A stretch of DNA of 42,668 nt from Patescibacteria group bacterium UBA6816 (GCA_002452615.1 DKES01000014.1:1-42668), one strand, 5' to 3'; shown: positions 27,625-37,297, counted from the first letter of the stretch. Numbers and translations are program-made. The notes: a model not told the origin generated them from the sequence alone.

Positions 27625-28491
27625 ATGAGAAAAAGTTTTTTTGCTAATAAAGTGGAATACCGCTTAGACAAAGAAAATAAAAATAAAGGAGAAATAATTA
27701 TTGAACCTTGTTGGCCGGGTTATGGTTTAACTTGGGGAAATTCTTTAAGAAGAGTTTTAATTACTTCTTTGCCCGGAGCAGCCGTGACCGCAGTGAGAAT
27801 TAAAGGGGTGAAATATGAATTTACAGCCGTAGATGGAATTAAAGAAGATATTTTGGACGTTATTTTAAATTTGAAATCTCTTCGTTTAAAAATTTTATCT
27901 GAGCAAAAAGAACCAATTAAATTAACCCTTAAAGCTAAAGGAGAAAAAAAGGTTATGGCTGGAGATATTGAAAAAAACGCAGAAGTAAAGATTTTTAATC
28001 CTGATTTACTTTTGGCCACCTTAACTAATAGTAAGGCTAGTTTAGAAATGGATATTTGGGTAAAGCCTGGTTATGGTTGGGTTCCCTCTGAGGAAAAATC
28101 TCGGGAAGGATTTGAATTAGATACTATTGTTACTGATTCTATTTTTAGTCCGGTAGTAAATGTTTCTGTTTCTGTAGAGAATATGCGGGTAGGAAAAAAG
28201 ACTGATTTTGACCGTCTTACTTTAGGAATAGAAACTGACGGCACTATTAATCCTTTAGAGGCTTTTTTACAGGCCAGTACTTTACTCTCAGAACAATTTC
28301 AAATTTTGTCTGATTTAGGAAAAAATATTATTAAACCAGAAAAAAAAGAAAAGATTAAAAAATCAACTGGCAAAAAACAAAAAAAGACAAATAAAAAATT
28401 AACCACGACTAAAAAATCCAAAACAATTAAAAAAGCGTCTAAGAAAAAAGCCCCTAAGAAAAAGGCGACAACAAAAAAGAAAAAGAAATAA
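27625..28491 (+). CDS. rpoA: DNA-directed RNA polymerase alpha subunit, N-terminal domain only, with a poly-Lys C-terminal tail
   Basis: ATG at 27625. Has alpha-NTD motifs (GYGLTWGNSLRRVLITSLPGAAVTAVRI, DFDRLTLGIETDGTINP). The last ~55 aa are KKxK low complexity, and no alpha-CTD helix-hairpin-helix is recognisable. Confidence 0.9.
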   Translation: MRKSFFANKVEYRLDKENKNKGEIIIEPCWPGYGLTWGNSLRRVLITSLPGAAVTAVRIKGVKYEFTAVDGIKEDILDVILNLKSLRLKILSEQKEPIKLTLKAKGEKKVMAGDIEKNAEVKIFNPDLLLATLTNSKASLEMDIWVKPGYGWVPSEEKSREGFELDTIVTDSIFSPVVNVSVSVENMRVGKKTDFDRLTLGIETDGTINPLEAFLQASTLLSEQFQILSDLGKNIIKPEKKEKIKKSTGKKQKKTNKKLTTTKKSKTIKKASKKKAPKKKATTKKKKK

Positions 28492-28497
28492 AAAAAT

Positions 28498-28848
28498 ATG
28501 CGTCATCGAAAAAAAGGAAAAATTCTCGGAAGGAAAATTGGCCCTCGGCGAGCTTTATTAAAGAGCTTAGCAGTAAATTTTTTATTAAAAGAAAAAATAA
28601 AAACTACTGAAGCTAAGGCTAAGGCCATAAAACCAATCGTGGAAAAATTAATTACTCGCGCTAAAAAAAATAATTTAGCTAATTATCGCGAAATTAATTC
28701 TTTTTTACAGAATCGCACCGCGACCAAGAAATTATTAGAAGAAATTGCCCCGCGCTATAAAGAAAGGTCAGGGGGTTATTGTCGCTTAATTAAATTAGGT
28801 CCTCGAAAAGGAGATGCTGCAGAAATGGTTATTTTAGAATTAGTTTAA
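28498..28848 (+). CDS. rplQ: 50S ribosomal protein L17
   Basis: 116 aa with motifs MRHRKKGKILGRKIGPRRALLKSL and GGYCRLIKLGPRKGD. Confidence 0.93.
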   Translation: MRHRKKGKILGRKIGPRRALLKSLAVNFLLKEKIKTTEAKAKAIKPIVEKLITRAKKNNLANYREINSFLQNRTATKKLLEEIAPRYKERSGGYCRLIKLGPRKGDAAEMVILELV

Positions 28849-28856
28849 TAATAAAT

Positions 28857-29213
28857 ATGGAAAAATCTTCTAAAAAAATACAAAAAATTGATGCAACGGA
28901 TAAGGTAGTAGGCCGCTTAGCAACAAAAATTGCCCAAATTTTAATGGGAAAAGATAAACCAGATTATCAACCCAACCTTGATAAGGGAGATTTGGTGATG
29001 GTGGAGAATGTTGATAAAATGAAATTCACTGGTAAAAAATTAGAACAAAAGTTATATTATCACCACAGCGGTTACCCCGGAGGATTAAAAGAAGAAAAAA
29101 TGGGAGTGGTTTTTAAAAAAAATCCCGCTGAAGTTTTAAAAAAGGCAGTTTGGAATATGTTACCTAAAAATAAATTAAGAAAGCCGCGGATTAAAAAATT
29201 AAAAATTCAATAA
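28857..29213 (+). CDS. rplM: 50S ribosomal protein L13 (short form)
   Basis: 118 aa with motifs VVGRLATKIAQILMGKDKPDY, GDLVMVENV, YYHHSGYPGGLK and MLPKNKL. Ends about 25 aa earlier than typical L13. Confidence 0.9.
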   Translation: MEKSSKKIQKIDATDKVVGRLATKIAQILMGKDKPDYQPNLDKGDLVMVENVDKMKFTGKKLEQKLYYHHSGYPGGLKEEKMGVVFKKNPAEVLKKAVWNMLPKNKLRKPRIKKLKIQ

Positions 29214-29242
29214 GTTTTTTAAATATAAACAAGGAGGGAAAA

Positions 29243-29560
29243 ATGAAAGCATTATTTATTACTCGGAGAGAAGAATTGATGCCTCTTTTTATACCAGTCT
29301 TAGTTCATTTATCCGGATTAAATGCCTTGAAAGTTCTTTGTTGTAAACCTCAAGAGGCTTTAGATAGTATTTTTAAAGAATCAGTTGATTATTTGTTTAT
29401 TGATTATCAAATTCAAAAGAAAATAATCAAAGCCCTGATTTATGCCGGAGAACAGAAAAATCTTAAAGTAATTGTAGTTGAATTTAATTTTCGAAAAGTG
29501 AGCAAGGAGGAAATTCTTTTTCCAGAAATTCCTTCTCCAGAAAAAAAATGTTTTAATTAA
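29243..29560 (+). CDS. hypothetical protein, weak receiver (CheY)-like alternation without the acidic pocket
   Basis: 105 aa with a strong SD (AAGGAGGG) 4 nt upstream of the ATG. The fold assignment is only an impression. Confidence 0.55.
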   Translation: MKALFITRREELMPLFIPVLVHLSGLNALKVLCCKPQEALDSIFKESVDYLFIDYQIQKKIIKALIYAGEQKNLKVIVVEFNFRKVSKEEILFPEIPSPEKKCFN

Positions 29561-29573
29561 TTTTTTTAAAACA

Positions 29574-29606
29574 AAAGAAGGGCTAACCGTCCTTCTTTTA
29601 TTTTTT
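29574..29606 (+). terminator. rho-independent terminator ending the infA-to-29560 transcription unit
   Basis: AAAGAAGG / CCTTCTTT stem followed by TTTTATTTTTT. Confidence 0.7.
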
Positions 29607-29608
29607 AG

Positions 29609-29636
29609 TTGTTTTTTTTGTAAAAATGGTTAAAAT
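29609..29636 (+). promoter_or_regulatory. def promoter (TTGTTT-N16-TAAAAT)
   Basis: The -10 box ends 6 nt before the def ATG, which implies a leaderless or near-leaderless mRNA. Confidence 0.45.
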
Positions 29637-29642
29637 AAGGAT

Positions 29643-30146
29643 ATGGAAAAACAAAAAATCAAATTTTATGGTGACCCGGTTTTAAGGAAAAAATGCCAAA
29701 AAGTGGAAAAAATTGACCAATCAGTCAGGGAATTTGCTCGAGAGATGTTAAAAACCATGTATCAAGAAGAAGGAGTGGGTTTAGCGGCTCCTCAAATAGG
29801 GGATACTAGACGAATTATTGTGGTGGATATAGGACAAGGTCCGCTTAGTTTAGTTAATCCTGAAATTATTAGTAAATCATTATCAAAAGAAAAAGAATAT
29901 GAAGGTTGCTTAAGCTTACCTAGTCTTAATTTAAAAATAAAAAGGTCAAAAGAGGTAATTTTAGAGGGTTATTTATTAGAAAAAGAGCAAAAAGTTCAAA
30001 TAAAAGCCAAGGGATTATTAGCCCGTGATTTTCAGCATGAAATAGACCACTTAAGCGGGGTTTTAATGATTGACCATGTTTCTCCTCTTAAAAAAATAAG
30101 AGCGATTAAAAAACTTAAAAAATTTTTAAAAAAATACCAAGTTTAA
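29643..30146 (+). CDS. def: peptide deformylase
   Basis: 167 aa with the three PDF motifs GVGLAAPQIG, EGCLSLP and HEIDHLSG. Confidence 0.93.
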   Translation: MEKQKIKFYGDPVLRKKCQKVEKIDQSVREFAREMLKTMYQEEGVGLAAPQIGDTRRIIVVDIGQGPLSLVNPEIISKSLSKEKEYEGCLSLPSLNLKIKRSKEVILEGYLLEKEQKVQIKAKGLLARDFQHEIDHLSGVLMIDHVSPLKKIRAIKKLKKFLKKYQV

Positions 30147-30179
30147 ATATCAAACATTTAAAAGAAAATAGTGGTATGG

Positions 30180-30251
30180 GCGAGTGTAATATAACGGCTA
30201 TTATATCTCCTTCCCAAGGAGAAGACGGCGGTTCGACTCCGCTCACTCGCT
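30180..30251 (+). tRNA. tRNA-Gly (anticodon CCC)
   Basis: Hand-folded. Acceptor GCGAGTG/CACTCGC; anticodon stem TCTCC/GGAGA with loop TTCCCAA; T arm GGCGG-TTCGACT-CCGCT. CCA is not encoded. Confidence 0.8.
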
Positions 30252-30306
30252 TTTTAAAACTTTACAGCAAAGATAAAACCAGAATTAATGTTTAAAATAC
30301 TATTGA

Positions 30307-30379
30307 GCCCACGTAGCTCAATCGGTAGAGCAATTGCTTCGTAAGCAAGAGGTTACTGGTTCGATTCCAGTCGTGGGCT
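30307..30379 (+). tRNA. tRNA-Thr (anticodon CGT)
   Basis: Hand-folded. Acceptor GCCCACG/CGTGGGC; D arm GCTC-AATCGGTA-GAGC; anticodon loop TTCGTAA; T arm ACTGG-TTCGATT-CCAGT. Confidence 0.9.
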
Positions 30380-30412
30380 TGTTTAAAAATTGAAAACTAT
30401 CTAAAAATTTTT

Positions 30413-31096
30413 ATGATTAAATTTGTTAATGTTACTAAATTTTATCCTCCTCAAACTTATGCTTTAAAAAAAGTTAGTTTTCATATTAAACCCCAGGAAT
30501 TTGTTTCTATTATTGGTCAATCCGGAGCCGGAAAAAGCACCATTATTAAATTATTAACCGCTGAGGAAAAAGTAACCAAAGGTAAGATTGTGGTGGGGGG
30601 TTGGGATATTACCAATGTTAAATCTAAAGAGATTCCGACTTTAAGAAGACAAATGGGAGTGGTTTTCCAAGATTTTAAATTATTAGAAAAAAAGACTGTT
30701 TTTGAAAATATTTCTTTTGCCCTGGAAGTAATTAATGTTTCCAGAAAAAAAATAGAAAGTACAGTGGAACAAGTTTTAAAAATTGTTGGCTTAAAAGAAA
30801 AGGCGGATTATTTTCCTTTACAGCTTTCTGCTGGAGAAGCTCAGCGAGTAGTAGTTGCCCGGGCTTTGGTTTATCGCCCTAAAATTTTAATTGCTGATGA
30901 GCCCACAGGAAATTTAGACCCGATTACCACTCGAGATATTGTGGAGCTTTTAGTTAAAATTAATGATTATGGGACCACGGTTCTCTTAGTTACTCATAAT
31001 CGAGAGATTGTTAATTTTTTTAAAAAAAGAGTTATTACCCTAGACCAAGGAAATATTATTGGTGACCAGTTTAGTCGAGGGAGATATGTTATTTAA
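30413..31096 (+). CDS. ftsE: cell division ABC ATPase FtsE
   Basis: 227 aa. Has Walker A GQSGAGKST, the FtsE-type FQDFKLL motif, the signature LSAGEAQR and Walker B ILIADEPTGNLD. Confidence 0.85.
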   Translation: MIKFVNVTKFYPPQTYALKKVSFHIKPQEFVSIIGQSGAGKSTIIKLLTAEEKVTKGKIVVGGWDITNVKSKEIPTLRRQMGVVFQDFKLLEKKTVFENISFALEVINVSRKKIESTVEQVLKIVGLKEKADYFPLQLSAGEAQRVVVARALVYRPKILIADEPTGNLDPITTRDIVELLVKINDYGTTVLLVTHNREIVNFFKKRVITLDQGNIIGDQFSRGRYVI

Positions 31097-31156
31097 GTTT
31101 TTTATGATATAATAAAAATAGGAGGAAATTAAAAAATAAGTCTTAAATTTTAACTT

Positions 31157-31417
31157 ATGGCTAAAGAAAAACAAATTGGAAAAATTACTCATTATTTTAA
31201 CAAAATTAATGTCGGGGTGATTGAATTATCCGAAGAGTTAAAAACCGGAGATAAAATTCATATTTTAGGAGGAGAAGAAAGGGATTTTGAACAAGAAGTT
31301 GAATCCATTCAAATTGAACATGAAAATGTAGAAAAAGCAGGGAAGGGAGAGGCGGTAGGCTTTAAGGTAGAGGAAGCAGTTAAGCCCGGCGATAAAGTTT
31401 TTAAAGTTTTAGAATAA
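31157..31417 (+). CDS. small beta-barrel protein, EF-Tu domain II-like (translation elongation factor-like protein)
   Basis: 86 aa. GDKIHILG ... GEAVGFKV ... PGDKVFKV resembles the translation-protein beta-barrel. Assignment is from memory. Confidence 0.5.
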   Translation: MAKEKQIGKITHYFNKINVGVIELSEELKTGDKIHILGGEERDFEQEVESIQIEHENVEKAGKGEAVGFKVEEAVKPGDKVFKVLE

Positions 31418-31442
31418 ATTAATTTTAATAGTTTTTTGAATT

Positions 31443-31664
31443 ATGCCTGAAAAATCTTCAGACAAGATTTCTATTTCTAAACAAAAATTAGTCATTATTG
31501 GCTTATTAATTGTTATTTTAAACCCGTTGCCGGCCGGATTAATATATGGGCTGGCTCTTTTAAAAGACCCAAAAACAAAAAAAGATGCAAAATTAATGAT
31601 TATTTTTTCTTTGTTTTGGGGGGCAATTTCTTTGTCTTTGGCCCAGCAATATCTTAATTATTAA
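31443..31664 (+). CDS. hypothetical small membrane protein (two TM helices)
   Basis: 73-aa ORF with two hydrophobic segments. No family recognised. Confidence 0.5.
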   Translation: MPEKSSDKISISKQKLVIIGLLIVILNPLPAGLIYGLALLKDPKTKKDAKLMIIFSLFWGAISLSLAQQYLNY

Positions 31665-31667
31665 TTT

Positions 31668-31997
31668 ATGCAAATAAAAATTTCTGGTTCAGGGATTAAT
31701 CCAGAACAATTAATTAAAAGATGTGGATATGCAGAGATTAGAACTCGTTTAGGAAAAAAAAGCTTTGTTCGGCGAATCAGAGGAGACCAATATCCTCGAT
31801 TTCATGTTTATATTAAAGAAAGGCCTTCTTCTAATTATCAATCCGGAGTAATTATTAATCTTCATTTAGACCAAAAAAGACCCCTTTATCAAGGAGTAAC
31901 CGCTCATAGCGGAGAATATGATAGTGAGGTAGTTAAAAAAGAAGGAGCAAGAATAAAAGAATTAATTGCAAAATATTCTTCGCCACTAAAAAAATAA
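31668..31997 (+). CDS. hypothetical protein
   Basis: 109-aa ORF, start-coupled to the preceding ORF. No family recognised. Confidence 0.55.
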   Translation: MQIKISGSGINPEQLIKRCGYAEIRTRLGKKSFVRRIRGDQYPRFHVYIKERPSSNYQSGVIINLHLDQKRPLYQGVTAHSGEYDSEVVKKEGARIKELIAKYSSPLKK

Positions 31998-32022
31998 ATT
32001 AAAATTCTTTTTAGTAGTTTTT

Positions 32023-32940
32023 ATGAAATATCCTCGTTATCTTAATTTAAGCACTCAAGAAATAAAAAAAAGAATAGCCCAAGCCAATGAGTTATTAAAA
32101 TTTTGTCGAGTTTGTCCTCGCCGTTGCGGGGCTAATCGCGCTCAAAATGAAAAGGGCTATTGTTATTTAGGCAAAAATCCAGTTATTTTTAAATCTCATT
32201 CAGATTTTGAAATGGAAAATTTTTTCACCGGAGAAAACGGTTCCGGGGCAATTGATTTTAATTATTGTAATCTTTCTTGTGTTTTTTGTCGCAGTTTTGA
32301 AATTAGCCAGTTGGAAAGAGGCAGAAAGGTGCCTCAAAAAGAAATGAACAGTAAAGAGTTAGCAAAAATAATGATTGATTTACAAAAAAGAGGTTGTCAT
32401 AATATTGACTTAGTTAATCCTACTTCTCAGGTCCCGCAAATTTTACAAGCCCTGCCCTTAGCAATTGACCAAGGATTAAAAATTCCTTTGATTTATAATA
32501 CTAATGCTTATGATTCAGTAGAAACGCTAAAATTATTAGAGGGAATAATTGATATTTATTTACCTGATTTAAAATATTCAGATGATAAAATTGCGGAAAA
32601 ATATTCTCACGTGCCACAATATTTTTATTTTGCCCAAAAAGCAATTATAGAAATGTACCGACAAGTAGGAAATTTAAAATTTAATGAAAATGGTTTAGTT
32701 AAATCAGGTCTTTTGGTGCGTCATTTAATTTTACCTAATAATATTTCTGGAGCAGAAAAGGTTTTTAAATTTTTAAAAAAAGAAGTCTCCCCCCAGGTCA
32801 GAATTAATATTATGAATCGTTATAATCCTTGTTGGCAAGCTAAAGATTATCATAAAATTAATCGACCGATTACTACTTCTGAGTATGAGAAAGTAGTTAA
32901 ATTAGCTGAAAAATATAAATTAAATTGGTTTACAGAATAA
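32023..32940 (+). CDS. radical SAM protein, PflX / pyruvate formate-lyase activase-like
   Basis: 305 aa. Has an N-terminal Cys cluster CRVCPRRCGANR...GYC and the radical SAM CxxxCxxC motif (CNLSCVFC). Confidence 0.85.
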   Translation: MKYPRYLNLSTQEIKKRIAQANELLKFCRVCPRRCGANRAQNEKGYCYLGKNPVIFKSHSDFEMENFFTGENGSGAIDFNYCNLSCVFCRSFEISQLERGRKVPQKEMNSKELAKIMIDLQKRGCHNIDLVNPTSQVPQILQALPLAIDQGLKIPLIYNTNAYDSVETLKLLEGIIDIYLPDLKYSDDKIAEKYSHVPQYFYFAQKAIIEMYRQVGNLKFNENGLVKSGLLVRHLILPNNISGAEKVFKFLKKEVSPQVRINIMNRYNPCWQAKDYHKINRPITTSEYEKVVKLAEKYKLNWFTE

Positions 32941-32970
32941 TTTAGGGCCTAATTCCAAATTTTTTTATAA

Positions 32971-34407
32971 ATGAAACAAGATAATTTTAAAAAACAACCA
33001 TTAATTAGAAAACCTGCTGTGGCTGGTTTTTTTTATCCAGCTAATTCAGAAGTGCTTGCTGGTCAAATAGAAGAATTATTAAATCAAGCTGAAAATAAAG
33101 GATTAAATAAAGAAATAAAAATGATGATTTTGCCCCACGCCGGATATGCGGCTTCAGGTTTGGTGGCCGCGACAGGATTTAAAAGTATTCAGGGAAAAAA
33201 TTTTAAAAATATTTTTATTATTAATCCCTCTCATCAAGATTGGTTTTCCGGAGTGGCGCTTGATAATCATGATTTTTGGCAAACTCCTTTGGGAAAAGTA
33301 AGGGTTAATCAAGATTTAAGGGAAAAATTAAATAAAGAGGCTCAAAATATTTTTATTCGAGAAAAAGCTCATTCTCAAGAACATGCTGCTGAAATTATGC
33401 TTCCTTTTTTACAAAAAATTTTAAATGATTTTAAAATTATTCCCCTTACTGTTGGGCAAATAAGTAAAAAGGAAATTTTTACTTTAGCCCAAGGTTTAAA
33501 AAAATATTTAACGGAAAAAGATTTAATAATTATTAGTTCTGATTTATCTCATTACCCGGATTATGAAACAGCTAATCAAGTGGACCAGCAGACTATTCAA
33601 ACAATTTTAAGCGGACAAGAGGAAAAATTTGAAAAAACAATTAAAAATTTACAAAGCCAAAATTTACCAGGTTTAGACACTTGTGCTTGCGGAGAAAACG
33701 CTATTAAAATAGGCTTAATTTTAGCTGATTTAATGAAATGGAAAAATATTGAATTATTAAAATATGCTAATTCTGGAGATATTTTAGAAGATAAAAGCAG
33801 GGTGGTAGGATATGCGAGTATAGCTTTTTCAATTGGAGATAAAGAGCCAAAGCTTTCTTTAAGGGCAAAGAAAAAATTAATAGAAATTGCCCGCGAAAGC
33901 ATTAAGGCTTGTTTTCGGGGAAAAGATTTTGAATTTAATAATATTTTTCAGGAAATAAAAACTCCTCAAGGAGCTTTTGTGACTTTAAAAAAGAATGGTC
34001 AGTTAAGAGGATGTTTAGGAAGGGTGATTGAAGAAAAACAACCTCTTTATAAGGTTGTGGCTGAAATGGCCCGGGCGGCGGCTTTTGAAGATAATCGTTT
34101 TACCTCCCTTCAAGAAGAAGAAATAGAAGAATTAGACATTGAAATTTCTGTTTTATCCCCGCTTAAAAAAATAAAAGACCCGAAAAAAGAAATTAAAATA
34201 GGCCAACATGGAGTTGTGGTTTCTCAAGGAGCTCAAGGCGGAGTTTTTCTTCCTCAAGTGGCCACAGAAAACAACTGGGATTTAGAAGAGTTTATGAATA
34301 ATCTTTGTCTGCATAAAGCAGGTTTAAATCCTGAGGCATGGAAAAGAGGAGAAGTTGATATTTATGTTTATACGGCTGAAATTTTTACTGAAAAAGATTT
34401 AGAATAA
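32971..34407 (+). CDS. fusion protein: Memo-like (AmmeMemoRadiSam protein B) N-terminal domain plus AMMECR1 (protein A) C-terminal domain
   Basis: 478 aa. Memo motifs: PAVAGFFYP, ILPHAGYAASG, IISSDLSHY and VVGYASIAF. AMMECR1 motifs from about residue 295: GAFVTLKKNGQLRGCLG and GGVFLPQVA. Confidence 0.85.
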   Translation: MKQDNFKKQPLIRKPAVAGFFYPANSEVLAGQIEELLNQAENKGLNKEIKMMILPHAGYAASGLVAATGFKSIQGKNFKNIFIINPSHQDWFSGVALDNHDFWQTPLGKVRVNQDLREKLNKEAQNIFIREKAHSQEHAAEIMLPFLQKILNDFKIIPLTVGQISKKEIFTLAQGLKKYLTEKDLIIISSDLSHYPDYETANQVDQQTIQTILSGQEEKFEKTIKNLQSQNLPGLDTCACGENAIKIGLILADLMKWKNIELLKYANSGDILEDKSRVVGYASIAFSIGDKEPKLSLRAKKKLIEIARESIKACFRGKDFEFNNIFQEIKTPQGAFVTLKKNGQLRGCLGRVIEEKQPLYKVVAEMARAAAFEDNRFTSLQEEEIEELDIEISVLSPLKKIKDPKKEIKIGQHGVVVSQGAQGGVFLPQVATENNWDLEEFMNNLCLHKAGLNPEAWKRGEVDIYVYTAEIFTEKDLE

Positions 34408-34430
34408 AAACGGATTTTTTAAAAAAGAAA

Positions 34431-34460
34431 AAGGCAAGAATTAATTCTCGCCTTTTATTT
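34431..34460 (+). terminator. rho-independent terminator after the Memo-AMMECR1 gene
   Basis: AAGGCAAGAATT / AATTCTCGCCTT stem with one mismatch, followed by TTATTTT. Confidence 0.7.
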
Positions 34461-34470
34461 TCCCCCTGAG

Positions 34471-34543
34471 AGGTGTTGGCAGGAATTGAACCTGCGTACA
34501 TGGCTTTGCAAGCCATGGCGTAACCTAGCTCCGCCACAACACC
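34471..34543 (-). tRNA. tRNA-Cys (anticodon GCA)
   Basis: Hand-folded on the minus strand. Acceptor GGTGTTG/CAACACC; anticodon stem ATGGC/GCCAT with loop TTGCAAA; T arm GCAGG-TTCAATT-CCTGC. Length 73 nt. Confidence 0.9.
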
Positions 34544-34556
34544 GTCTTTATTGTTT

Positions 34557-34584
34557 ATAATAAAGAGAAAAATATTTTTGTCAA
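34557..34584 (-). promoter_or_regulatory. promoter of tRNA-Cys (TTGACA-N16-TATTAT)
   Basis: On the minus strand, TTGACA lies at 34584-34579 and TATTAT at 34562-34557. The -10 box ends about 13 nt upstream of the tRNA 5' end. Confidence 0.5.
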
Positions 34585-34618
34585 TCTTTAATCAATTTTT
34601 AGAAATAAGGATAAAGTT

Positions 34619-35116
34619 CTAATTAGAGGGTTTTTTAAAAAATTTAAAACCTAATAATAAGATAATAAAAGCAGGGAGGATAAAAAAATAAGGGGAAATA
34701 GTTTTTTTAAGGGGGGTTGGCTCTGATAATGATATTTTTTCCAAAGGAGAAATACATTTTTGTGAGGCACACCTAATAACTGTTTGTCTAATATGGGTTT
34801 TAGTTGTGTTATTAAAGTTAGTAAAGGCTTGATTTTCAATAAAAATAACCGGGACTGAAATATCAGCGTTTAATTGATAGGCCTTTCTTAAAGAAAAATA
34901 TAATTGTTGAGAGGAAGAATTGCGAAAAGGCTGAAAAGATTTAATTTCTAGTTGAGGAAATTCAGCCTTTAATTGGCCTAAAAATTTTTGGGCCGCAAAG
35001 CAAACTGGACATTCAGGGTCATAAAAAAGATAGACCTCTAAATTATTTGTTTGGGCCCAGGAAATAATCGGGGTAAAAATTAAAAATAAAAAAAGAATTA
35101 AACCTATTTTTTTCAT
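34619..35116 (-). CDS. secreted/membrane-anchored thioredoxin-fold protein (CPVC active site)
   Basis: 165 aa. Has a signal peptide (MKKIGLILFLFLIFTPIISWA), the motif YDPECPVCFAAQ and a C-terminal TM helix. Confidence 0.65.
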   Translation of the reverse strand: MKKIGLILFLFLIFTPIISWAQTNNLEVYLFYDPECPVCFAAQKFLGQLKAEFPQLEIKSFQPFRNSSSQQLYFSLRKAYQLNADISVPVIFIENQAFTNFNNTTKTHIRQTVIRCASQKCISPLEKISLSEPTPLKKTISPYFFILPAFIILLLGFKFFKKPSN

Positions 35117-35168
35117 AATTATATTTTAACATTTTTTAAGTTTTTATAAAGAGAAAGTTATTAGATTC

Positions 35169-35196
35169 TTGACATTTTTTTATATTTCATTAGAAT
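35169..35196 (+). promoter_or_regulatory. groES-groEL promoter (TTGACA-N16-TAGAAT)
   Basis: Hexamers at 35169-35174 and 35191-35196. Confidence 0.55.
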
Positions 35197-35269
35197 TTTA
35201 TTCTAGGGGGGAGATGATTTATTCATCTTTTTACAAAAAGGTCGTTTTTACTATTAAAAATCAAAATAA

Positions 35270-35581
35270 ATGAGAAAAAATATGAGCAAACTTAAATTAA
35301 AGCCATTAGGCAGTCGTTTAATTATTAAACCTATTGTTGAAAATGAGGTTACTAAAGCTGGTATTATTTTGCCAGATACAGCGGATAAAGGAAGACCAGT
35401 CCGCGGTGAAGTTTTGGCAATTGGTCCAGGGAAAACCCTGGAGAATGGTCAAAGAGAAAAGATTGATTTAAAGGTCGGAGATAAAATTTTATTTGAAAAA
35501 TACGGCGCTGACGAATACAAGGTTGATAACGAAGAATTTTTAGTGATTGACTATGAAAAAGTAGTCGCCGTAATTAAATAA
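35270..35581 (+). CDS. groES: co-chaperonin GroES
   Basis: Has motifs LKPLGSRLIIKP, GIILPDTA and GEVLAIGPG. An alternative ATG at 35282 would give a more typical 99-aa protein. Confidence 0.93.
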   Translation: MRKNMSKLKLKPLGSRLIIKPIVENEVTKAGIILPDTADKGRPVRGEVLAIGPGKTLENGQREKIDLKVGDKILFEKYGADEYKVDNEEFLVIDYEKVVAVIK

Positions 35582-35632
35582 TTTAAATCGGAAATTAGTA
35601 ATTAAACTAATTTCCATTAATTAACTAGTTGA

Positions 35633-37297
<1,665 letters not shown>

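Noticed and set aside
35117-35269. CIRCE/HrcA operator upstream of groES.
   Set aside because: I searched by eye for TTAGCACTC-N9-GAGTGCTAA and close variants, and none is present.
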